This document shows positions 52,860-64,000 of a stretch of DNA of 64,000 nt, piece after piece; position 1 is the stretch's first letter; the number at the start of each line of letters is the position of its first letter. Position numbers and translations under genes: made by a program. The DNA lies in contig NC_043001.1 of NCBI RefSeq assembly GCF_006345805.1, positions 102,362,001 through 102,426,000 on the forward strand. The letters run 5' to 3'. The notes below the pieces were generated by a model, which did no database searches, was not told the DNA's origin, and was given only the letters and a program-made list of their open reading frames with translations. The stretch comes from Octopus sinensis. Taxonomy: Eukaryota.

Positions 52860-53260
52860 AATATCAGTCCCATGGTTTTTCTGGCTCGTTACATATTTTC
52901 TCATCACATAACTTGAAAATTCCAATATGGTACCAAAGAGATCATAAAAGCATTTCAGACACTTTCCCTTAGAAAGCCATCAAATTTTATCATGTAGTAA
53001 AAGATGCTCAATTGACGTTCATTTTCATGGCAATTTTTTTTTTAAATATGGATATTCAGTGGATGAGTTTCTGTTGTACGGTGGTAGCTAAGTGTTGCCA
53101 ATGAATAATGCAGTGATTCATAAATATATTTGCAGCTGCTTCTAATAAATGTGCAACAAATCCATTATGGTGACTTTATCAGTAGAAGTACTTCATCAAC
53201 TGCACATGCAATAACATTTGGAAGAGGAATATTTTTATCATTAAAAAGTGCTCAACTAAT
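52860..53260 (-). mobile_element. Decayed hAT (Buster/SCAND3-like) transposase fragment
   Basis: Minus strand HNGFVAHLLEAAANIFMNHCIIHWQHLA (CxxH motif) and EHLLLHDKI*WLSKGKCLKCFYDLFGTILEF (RWLS motif region). Confidence 0.75.
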
Positions 53261-54728
53261 TGTAGAACCTGTAGTGTGTCAGTTTTAACTTATTTGTTTC
53301 AAACATAGCATAACTAAAAATTATTAGATAAAAATTATGACAGAAAATTTGAAGTTAAACATGACCAGTTTAAAACTGATAGCTTTCATATGACAGAACC
53401 AAGGGCAGTCTCAGACAAGCTGGTATCAAAATAATCTATTCTCCAGTAATTAAACTTATTTTGACATTAATTTTGCTTTGAGATTGAAACCAATATGAAA
53501 TAAATTTCAACTTTTAATAATATTTAATGAATTTTAATTAGTCCTTCCAAGAAAATTTGATAAATAAGAAAGCTCACGATGGCAATCTTTGATCATAGAA
53601 GACAATTTTTAGTTTGTCACACAGTAGTTAGTCTCATTTTGTTTGGTAACCACAAAGGTATTATATTCAAAGCTGTGCTCCAGCTAGCTTGTTTCTAATT
53701 TATTTGGGATGGTTACTCAGTAGAATTAAGAAATTTTCTTTTGCTGTTATTTATATTTGTGCAGTTGTTCATTTTCGTGTTGTTAATGTAAACAGTCAGA
53801 TACAATCACACTATTCAAACAAAAAAAAAACAACAGTACAAAAAAAATAATAGAATTGAGTGAAAAAAACAATGAAAATAAACATTCTTAATCATGCCAA
53901 AAATGTTCATAAACAAAACGGTCACAGCATTGTATTAAAAAAAAAAACATTCTTTCATATTGTCAAACAAAGTAATCCTAGCTGTAGGTTGATATAGTTA
54001 AAGGGGAATGCTATAGTCAAATATTACCCTCATTATAAGTAAATGATTGGGCTGTGAGCTGGCAAAAATGTTAGCATGCCAGACAAAAGGCTTACCGGCA
54101 TTTTGCCCATCGTCAGGTTCTGAGTTCAAATTCTTCCTAGTCAACTTTGCTTTTCATCCTTTTGGGGTTGATGAAATAGGCATCGGTCGGGCATGACACC
54201 TGCTTCTGTTTCTCTGTCACACTCTAACCTTTCATCATTTGACACAAAACCACCCCCTCTAATGACCCCTCTCTTCTCAAAGGTTCTTTGTCTTGCAAGT
54301 TACTTGGTGACCCTGTCGGTGCTGGTGTCATGTAAAAAGCTTCCAGTCCACACTGTGAAGTCGTTGACATTTAAAAGAGCATCCAGCTATAAAGGCCATG
54401 CCAAAACTGACTTCACTTGTGCTGCTGCAACATAAAAAGCATTCAGTCCACTCTGCAGGGTGGTTAGGCATCCACCTGCAAAATACCATGCCAAAACAGA
54501 CACAGAAGTATGGTGCAGTCTTCTGCTTTGGCAGCTCCTGCCAAACCATCCAACTCATGCCAGTATGGAAAGCAGACGTTAAACAATGATGATGACAACA
54601 TGCGTGTGCGTGTGTTTGTGTGTGTACATGCATATACTTAGATAATATGTACCATCATCTGCAAGATTCACATGCCACAGCCTCTGTATAAGATGTGAGT
54701 TTAACACACACACACAAACACACACGTA

Positions 54729-54786
<58 letters not shown>

Positions 54787-56931
54787 ATATCCAGCAGAAA
54801 TGGAAATCAATTAGTAGCTTTAAAGTTTTTATCATACAACTAAGACACAAAATAACTTAAAAATACAGTGTTTTTTCCTAATTTAAAAACAATAAAACTA
54901 ACTAACTGACTAGTCCACTATCCCGACCAATGCTAAGAACAGTTCTAATACTGCATCTAGCACAAACACTGCTCTTAAACAACCAATAATATCGTTACAG
55001 TTTGTAATTTTGTTGCAAGCTATATAATGGCTCCAACTAATCAGTAGGCTTTTACGACAAAATTAACAAAAACATACTTAATACCCCACTTCCCTGTTTT
55101 CCTTCTAATTCCCTCAATCAACTTCCTTTTTTTATTCCTTTCTTTTATTGTTTTTATATTATTTTTCCTTGATAAATAACAGCACATGACAAAGAGAAAC
55201 CGAATCAATTACCAGAAAGGAAAAGTTATCAGCAAACTATCTACTTAAAACTAGGAATCCACATCCAAAGAACTAGACTTATCAAGATGGCTATTGATTT
55301 CTGAACAATGGACATCGATAATGGTGGAGGTGGTAGGATGATGATGATGATGATAGTAATGGCGAACAGAGGTAATGTTAAGGAAACAGTCTTCCAAAAA
55401 TCTGCTTGTTCTATAGTTTGTCATATTTCATTGTATTCAGACGCACAGAGATAATAATTTCACATTATTTCACTGTAGCCATTAGTAGTCATGATGTCGA
55501 AGCAAATCAGATATCGATCTTTTTGGCCATTGGGTCATTAGTCTGTATTCCAACGCTGGTCTGCGTCCTGATCAAAACAATGAACTTTTCCTGCTCTAAT
55601 AGTTACTTATGCAGTAAAGATAGTAACAGAGCCAGCAAACTAAAAACGAAGAACTAGTTTTGTACATTCCAAAGGTAAGATGAAATCCTCTTGAAAAACA
55701 ATCAATAAACCCCCACCAAACACCAACCCCACCACCACCACCACCAACATTGTTTAGTTTGGTAGAAAAATCATGAATGTCAAATTCACACGACCTCTTC
55801 TCAATAATGCTTGCATAAAAAATTCATCATAATCAACACCATCAACACTATTGGATATTTGATTACATGGCTGTAGCCTCATACTTCATTGAAATCATTG
55901 CTTTGTTTTCTGGAAGCTTTTCACCTAAATAAGGAATTATCATCACTGTTGTCTTCATCATCTGTCGTCACCAGCAGCAGCAGTCGCAGCAGCAGAAAGG
56001 GAATCTCGACACAGTCACAAAATCTGCTCAGTAGACCAGACAAATTTAACACTACTAACAAACCTTTGATCATTTTAAGCTCCTATATTCTGAGTTCTAA
56101 AATGAATGCCAGAGCACTAGATATCTCATCACAGTGATTAAATGCATGGCTCAGTTCAAAAGCAGGTGAAACCAAAGCTGATTGACACTTTAAGAAGAAG
56201 AAGAAAAAAAGCAGAAAACACACCATTGTTTTTTTTCTTTTTTATACAAATAGTCAAAGAGATTAAAAAGATTTTAGTAAGCTTATTGTAGACTGAAATA
56301 ATTTATAGACTGTAAAGCTTTCAGCTGTAACTATGGCAGAAAATATAAATATATAAGCATTCATATGTTTCACTATTTACTCTATTAACAGCTAATATTT
56401 TCTGATACAGGTATGGTTATGTGGTAAGAAATTTGCTCCCCAACCACATGGTTCCAGGTTCAGTCCCACGCAGTGTGGGCAGACCAAATCCTTGTGAGAG
56501 AATTTCGTAGATGGAAACTGAAAGAAGCCCATCATATATTTACATATATCGTTGTACCTGTTTTTGTCCTCTGCCACTGCTTGACAATGGGTGTTAGTGT
56601 GTTTATGTCCCCGTAATTTAGCGGTCCAGCAAAGGATAGCAGCAGAATAAGTACCAGGCCAAAAGAATTTCAGATTTTTGCAACAAGGGCAGCTTAGCAG
56701 AGGTGGGGATGAGTCAATTACATTGACCCCAGAGTTCAACTGGTACTTATTTTGTCGCCCCCCTAAAGGATGAAAGCAAAGTCAACCTTGGCAGAATTCG
56801 AACTCAGAATATAGTGACTGGTGAAATACAGCTAAGCATTTCATCCAGTGTGCTAAAGATTTTGCCAGCTCACCACCTTATAATAATAATAATAATAATA
56901 ATAATATAATAATAATAATAATAATAATATA

Positions 56932-57403
56932 AGGTTATGCAGGAGGATGGAAAAGTAACGATACTCTGGGACTATGATTTTGAAACGGATCGTGTAATCG
57001 AACACCGTTGTCCAGATATTGTCATACTGAATAAAAGAGACAAATACTGTCAGATCATTGATGTAGCCATACCAAATGACATGAATGTTGTGAGTAAAGA
57101 GGTTGAAAAAAATCACCAAGTACTCCCGAATTGAAAGTGAAAGTGGTAAGACTGTATGGAAAGCAAGAGGGTAATGGACAAGTGATAACAGTGGTGATTG
57201 GAGTGTTGCGCTCAATCCCATTGAAACTTCAAAACTTCTTAAGACAACTGGAAATCCCATGCAAGATTGATGTCTTGCAAAAAGCAACCTTATTGCACAC
57301 AGCGCACATCTAAAGGAAAGTGTTATCTGTCTGAGGTCATTGTTGTCACTTGGCAGATGACTAAAGACCAAGGTACATTTTTACCTACACTGTGTTATGA
57401 AGG
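56932..57403 (+). mobile_element. Older R4/Dong-type LINE 3' fragment (restriction-like endonuclease domain)
   Basis: KVTILWDYDFETDRVIEHRCPDIVILNK...IIDVAIP...LQKATLLHTAHI with frameshifts; bounded by (AAT)n on both sides. Confidence 0.8.
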
Positions 57404-57517
57404 AATAATAATAATAATAATAATGATAATATGCATGCAAGACTCCAGGAGCTCCAACAAAACCTGTGATAAAAAGATGATGATGATGATAATAATAATA
57501 ATAATAATAATAATAAT

Positions 57518-59240
57518 ATCTGATATGCTAAATAGAACTGGATGCGGATATAAATGTTACGGCAAAACGATCAGCCACCTTTTATATATGGATGACCTAA
57601 AACTATACGCTGCAAATGACAAACAGCTGGAAACACTATTAAAGACAGTTCATGGATTTACCAAAGAAATAGATATGAAATTTGGATTAGAAAAATGCGC
57701 CAAAGTAACCATGAAAAGAGGAAAACTAGTTAAGAGTAACAACATCACACTAGATAAAACCAATGAAATAAAAGAATTAGACCAAAGCCAAACTTACAAA
57801 TACTTAGGAATCCATGAACTAGATAAGACACAACACACACAAATGAAAGAGAAAATAAAAAAGAATATTATAGACGAGTTAGATCAATACTAAAAACAGA
57901 GCTCAATGCTAAAAACAAGATAATAGGTATCAACACTTTAGCTGTCCCAGTTATAAGTTACAGCTACAATATCCTTAACTGGACACGAAATGAACTGACC
58001 AAAATAGATAGGAAAACAAGAAAAATAATGACAGGATCTAGGATGCATCACCCAAAATCTGACATAGAAAGACTATATATACAACGTATAGAAGGTGGTA
58101 GAGGCCTTATACAGCTGGAAAACTACTATAAAATAACCACCATAGGACTGCAAAAATATCTACTTCAGAAGGAAGGAAAACTGATCCAGATAGCGGCAAA
58201 ACACGAGCAAAACAAAAAACTGTTCTCAGTATTTAAGGAAGCTGACAAATACAAACAAGAAATCATACCACCTAATAAACATGAAGAAGAAGAAGAAGAA
58301 GATGAAGAAACAACAAAAGCTATAAAACAAATGAAATCCAAACTAAAAATAGAACAGCAACGAACCATGATAAAACGATGGCAAGAAAAGCCCCTTCATG
58401 GTAAATACTGCACTAAACTAAACGCAAAAGAAATAGACAAAGAAAAATCCCAGCAATGGTTGAGAAGCTCAGGACTCAAAGCAGAAACAGAGGGATTTTT
58501 AATTGCAGCACAAGACCAAAGCCTCCCCACCAGAAATTACCAAAAACATGTAATGAAAAGAAATATTACAAGTAACTGCAGAATATGTGGAGATGGACAA
58601 GAAACAATAAATCATATTATCTCTAGCTGCCCAGTCCTGGCTAAGAAGGAATATATTCACAGACATGACAGAGTTGGAACCTACATACATTGGAAGCTAT
58701 GCCAACATTATGGAATAACAACAGAAAAAAGATGGTATAGGCACACACCAGAAAAGGTCACAGAAAACGAGAAAGCAACCATACTCTGGGATATGCCGAT
58801 ACACACAGATAGAGAAATTAAGGCCAACAGACCAGATATAGTTGTCAGAGATCATGAAGAAAAAAAATGCTTTCTAATTGATGTATCAATACCGGCTGAT
58901 GACAACGTGTCTCTAAAAGAAATGGAGAAACTCTCAAAATACAAAGACCTGGAAATAGAGGTAACTAGAATGCGGAATCTGAAAACAGAAACAATTCCTA
59001 TCATAGTAGGTGCATTAGGCATGATAAAAAAATATTCAGACAAATACATAACAAAAACACCAGGACTTACAAACACATATAACATACAGAAAATTGCACT
59101 ACTAGGCACTGCACACATCCTACGTAGAACACTTTCCAGACAATAACCATCAGAGCATCACAACAAATCACAGCACATACCCAAGGCACACAGAGCTGTG
59201 CTCGGTAGTGAAGTGAAAGCACGCTATAAAAATAAAACTA

Positions 59241-59243
<3 letters not shown>
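57518..59243 (+). mobile_element. Young 5'-truncated R4/Dong-type LINE (RT C-half, CCHC knuckle, PD-(D/E)xK endonuclease)
   Basis: SHLLYMDDLKLY, KFGLEKC, YKYLG, GGRGL, CRICGDGQETINHIISSC and RPDIVVRD..LIDVSIP..KYKDL; one frameshift at an A run near 57857-57862; stop at 59144-59146; (AAT)n at both ends. Confidence 0.93.
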
Positions 59244-59312
<69 letters not shown>

Positions 59313-59316
59313 TAAT

Positions 59317-59871
59317 GCCCTGATGCAGTACCAGGCAGTGGCTCTCATGGCTTCTGATCTTAACTGATTGGAAGTGTTATCATGTACATTGTCTTATCTT
59401 GGTATAAAAGATGGGCTACAGCAAATATTCTGCTCAATACCCCAGATTTGCTTGTCAGTTGTTTGACCTTAACCAGTTGAGCATGTCTCTTAGTGGCTGA
59501 CGATATGTACATCTCTGATCACATGCAGAAGTAGTGGGGGAGCATCATAGCCATGTGTTGAGAGGGATTCTTTGGGGTTTGAATAATTCACCTCTGGAAA
59601 CATGGGTGTTTCGTTCAACATCCTTAAACAACCCTTATTCAGGGGCCTTTTGAGCGGGATGGGTTACTCAACCAGAAGAAAATTGTAACTGGACCCCACC
59701 TGCAAGGTCATGCGCTGTTTATCTTGATATGAGATCACCATGTCGCGCACATATGATTGTGATGCATGTGTCTGGTGTACCCTTAACAGATGGGTAGTCA
59801 TGATGGGTACACTGGGCTTCATATATTTTATTCCCAGTGTCACTTTGATGGCATGCACTGCTCCCTCACTC
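59317..59871 (+). mobile_element. Non-coding ~555-bp element ending in (AAT)n (unclassified)
   Basis: Lies between (AAT)n tracts at 59244-59312 and 59872-59885; no recognisable ORF; orientation inferred from the tail. Confidence 0.5.
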
Positions 59872-60488
59872 AATAATAATAATAAGTGCTCAAGTCCATT
59901 CATTTGACTAAAGATTCTTCAAGGTGGTACCTTAGCATGATTGAAACAAGTAAAAGGAAAATGAAGAGTAGGAGTGGTGAAACACAGGTTTACTTCAGAG
60001 TGAGGAGAGAAAGAAAAAAAGAAAGAAAGGCAGAAAGTAAGTGAAAAAGATGTTTAGGACAAGAATTTAGTAATAATTTTTATCAAGATAGGGAAGAGCT
60101 GTTAAGTTTATTACGTTCACAGAGTTTGTAGATTCTCAAAGGATAAATATTTAGTTTATTGAGATTAAGTATTAACTGTTAGTGGTGATGGATAAGTAAG
60201 AGGAAACAAAAGGGGCTGGCAATTGTAAATGGATCATTATCATCATTGTTCAACGCCCACTTTCCATGCTGGCATGGGTTGGATGATTTGACTGAGGTCT
60301 GGCAAACCAGATGGCTGCACCAGATTCCAATCTGATCTGGCAGAGTTTCTACAGCTGGATGCCCTTCCTAACGCCAACCACTCCGTTTGTAAGATACAAA
60401 TTTAAATGTAATAAAATGTTTCAAAAGGAATTTAAAGTGCTTACATGATAACTGTAAACCTACTTTTGAGCCACCCTGTATATATATA

Positions 60489-60655
60489 TTTCTTCACTAC
60501 CTACAAGGGGCTAAACACAGAAGGGACAAACAAGGACAGACGAACGGATTAAGTCGATTACATTGACCCCAGTGCGTAACTGGTACTTAATTTATCGAGC
60601 CCGAAAGGATGAAAGGTAAAGTCGACCTCGGCGGAATTTGAACTCAGAACGTACC
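60489..60655 (-). mobile_element. 5'-truncated tRNA-derived SINE
   Basis: Same family as 16547-16779 and 33594-33814. Confidence 0.85.
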
Positions 60656-63600
60656 TGTGTATATATATATATATATATATAGACAGAGAGAGAGAGATAC
60701 TCACATATACATACACATAGATATATATATGAGAGAGAGAAAGAGAGAGAGAGGAGAGAGAGAGAATATAACTAAATATATTCAGAAGCTGAACAGAGGC
60801 ACAAGCATAATATATAGAGACAAGGTGGTGACCTGGCAAAATCATCCGCACAACATGCAAAATGCCTCACAGCATTTCATCCATCTTTACTTTCAGAGTT
60901 CAAATGCTGCTGGGGGCTGACTTTGCCTTTCATCCTTTTGGGGGTCAATAAAATAAGCACTAGATGAGCACTGGGGTCAATCTAATTGACTTAACACCTG
61001 TCCTCAAGAAATTGCTGGCCTTGTGCCAAAATTTGAAACCATTATAAATATAGACGAATAAATTTGTGTGTCTGAGTGCACATGGACACATATACGTGGC
61101 AGAGATTTGTTCAAAGGTCAGGAATGTAGTGGCGAGGGTGGGGTGGGGGTGTTATTTAAAGTGATGTATTTGATTGGGGAATAATTACAGAAGCAAATTA
61201 TTTATCATCAATAATAAATAACGAATGAATGAGCTGGGAAAATGGTGAGTGAATAGACAAAAGGAAGAAGAAGAGGCAGAGGATCATGTCAGATAATACA
61301 ACTTACTGATAACTATTTACATTTTATATATTATATTTCTCACTGTTATTTATTTATTGAGAGAGAGAGAGAGAGAGGGGGAGAGAGAGAGCAAGTACTG
61401 TTCAAGAAGTACTGCAGTACTTAGGAGCGACTCTCTACGTTCTGGGTTCATGTCTCACCCTGGTCAAATTCATTTCTCATCAAGTATCGAGTAGAAATGA
61501 TGATAAAGTTGAGAAAGGTTTTTTTATTTTGTCCCCACTTGTGTCTTTGAGTGAGAAATCATTGTTATTGTTATTTAATAAACATGATACAGGGAGGAGG
61601 AGGAGAGAGAGAGAATGGGGGTGGGGTAGTGAGTGGTTAGTTAAGTAAAGATTAAGTAGGAGCTGGCAGGTACTTTGGTAGGGACCAGAAAAAAGGGGGG
61701 GATAGAAAAAGATTTTGTGCCAAGCAATATATTTTACTAATAACATGTGAAGCATTTGGAATAATGATTTCTTGAGAGAGCAAGAGAAAGAAAGAGAGAG
61801 AGAGAGAAAGAGAAGCAGAGTGCATGTGTGTGTGTGTGTGTGCGTGAGTGCATAGAGAAAGTACAAGTGAGTAGGAGGAGAAATGAGAAAGCAGAGAGAG
61901 AGAGAGAGAGAGAGAATCGCAGAGAAGGAGGTAAGGTTGAGAAAAGTATTATTTAAAATGATTCACTATACATGTTAACTACTGTTGTAATAGAACATAT
62001 AAGATGGCAGTGGGGTGGAGGGAAGTGCAGAGAGGCAATAGATCATTAGGTAAAGGGAAAGTTACAGCTCAACAAATTTCTCCTCTTAGTAGAGGTACCT
62101 AGTTATTTTGACCCCATGAGCTGTCACCACTACTTTTAACCAGTGAACTGAAATAGAAAACTCAACAAAAGAGAATAAATGTTAAAAACGAAAGCCAGAT
62201 TATGGGCTTTCACAAGAATTATGTGGCATTACCAGTGAAGCACATTTCTACCTTGTAAAATAACTTTTTTTAAAGATCAATCTAGAAGTTAATAATTACA
62301 TCTCAGAAATTCGTCCTCTTCTGTTTTATTTTGTTTCCATCCTGATTGCTCTGCTTATTCATGTTTTCTTTTCTTCTCAATTTTTCTCATTAAAATGAGA
62401 ATACATGGGAGAGAAGAGAGGAAAAAAATATATATAAAACCTAGTCCCAGATGGGTTATTAAGAAATCTCACATAAACAAAATTAACTAAATTCTGAGTT
62501 CGTTATGTTGTCATTTTCAAGTTTAATTAGCCCTCTACAACTTGGCTTCCTTGCAATTAAGATTGTTTTCCTGTAATTTCCTTTCCCAGAACATATTTTT
62601 TTTGTCTATTTTCATTTTTTTTGTTTGCTTTTCTTCTTTTTTGCACCCTTCTCCTGTATTTTTGTTTCAGAGAAAGTGCAAAGAGCAAAAGTCTTAATAC
62701 ATGAGGAAAGAGAGAGAGAGGCAGTGGTCCTGAAAGAAGTTCAGTTTTATCAGAAGTAAATAGCAAAAACAGAATAATAATAATAAAAAAGAAGCAGAAA
62801 TGGATAGATGCGACCAGAGCTGGTTTCAACAAGCACATGCAATTATAGCTTAAAATTGAAATGTACATGGCCCTTGGCTTAAAAATCAGCCTGGCACTCT
62901 ACAAATTGGTTTTCTAATAGTAAAAAGAAAAAAAAAAAAGAGCAGGAAAAATAACACTACCTCCCCACGTATTAAAAAACAAAACAAATTTTAAATAAAT
63001 AAAAGAAGAAAAACAGCAACTCAACAGGCAACACTTTTTCATTATCCGTATGAAAGTTTGGAGTTTCAATTATATACAAGGCAATCTCCTCCCATCTAGA
63101 AATGAAATCATGATCATTACATGTCTGAGAATTCTTACTAATGAAGCAGTGGTGGAGGAAGGGGTGGTGGTGGTGGTGGTAGGAGGTGGATTAGACCCAA
63201 AACACACACACATACATACATACACAAAATGCATAGTAAAAGGAATCTGAAGTTTTCCGAATGTCACGGATTAGAAAATATTAAATACCACACATAATTG
63301 AGAATTTTTTTTTCATAATAATTATTTTATTTTTATCATATTTTTTCTATTTCCTTGTTGATTTGTTTCTAACTCTTTGAGGAGGAACTACATTTTTTTT
63401 TTGTACATCCATAAATGAATAAGATTTTATTGATATAACCACCTGTAAACATGAATAAGCAAATTATTCCATAAAGATCATTCAGTGGTGATTACCGTAC
63501 CAGCACTACTGTACCAAATGTACAAAACCACAAGCATGCATATCTATGCATTTATCAGTCTATTGATACCTGCATTCACATGCACCTACTTACACACAAT

Positions 63601-63686
63601 CAAACAGATGAAATGACATAATCGTGAAGAAGCGATTTTAAAATAAATATCTGTATGAGACAGCAGACTCTGAGAGATATTTCATA

Positions 63687-64000
63687 TGAGGGTCAGCTAA
63701 AAAGTTTGTAGGCTGATTAAGATACTCTCATGGAATTTGACTTAACGAGGTCTCTTTTTCAACATCGACCCCTTTGTAGTCCACACATTTCTTCCACCAA
63801 TATTGCAGTGCTTAGATCCCATTGGTGAAGTAGCTTTCATCCTGTTGGTCAAAAGAGTTATCAGCAGCAGATATGATGTCATCACTGCGATACTGGTTCC
63901 CATCCAAGTTTTTCCTTATATTGGGGGAACAGATGATAGTCAGATGGGGCCAAATCAGGAGAATAGAGAGACTGACCAACTAGTTGAAAGCTAGCCATGC
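63687..64000 (-). mobile_element. Mariner 3' end (continues beyond the window)
   Basis: Minus strand YSPDLAPSDYHLFP...WWKKCVDYKGVDVEK; TIR-like TA|TGAGGGTCAGCTAAAAAGTT at 63685-63706. Confidence 0.85.

Overview
AT-rich, repeat-dense eukaryotic DNA. The repeat families and the (AT)n/(CA)n/(CAT)n/(AAT)n microsatellites are most consistent with an octopus (cephalopod) genome; this is an inference from recognised repeats, not from a database search. Only one host coding exon is confidently identifiable: a 114-nt internal exon of Greatwall/MASTL kinase (23847-23960, minus strand). I found neither neighbouring exon, so the window is probably all intron. The rest is mobile DNA: a near full-length but disabled RTE-clade LINE (about 33.8-40.0 kb, minus) with a tandemly amplified 3' region and a duplicated, promoter-like 5' region; a train of R4/Dong-type restriction-endonuclease LINE pieces strung through (AAT)n tracts (56.9-59.9 kb); older RTE and Ingi/Vingi-like LINE remnants; mariner, piggyBac and hAT remnants; non-autonomous Helitrons; many tRNA-derived SINEs; and a tRNA-Glu pseudogene. 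The most notable observation is a candidate minimal type I hammerhead ribozyme with a swapped G3-C8 core pair and palindromic stem III (18587-18637). It sits in a 119-bp-arm foldback of an unclassified repeat, which suggests a Penelope-like or retrozyme-type element. No prokaryotic features or CRISPR arrays are present. Boundaries of degenerate elements are approximate.
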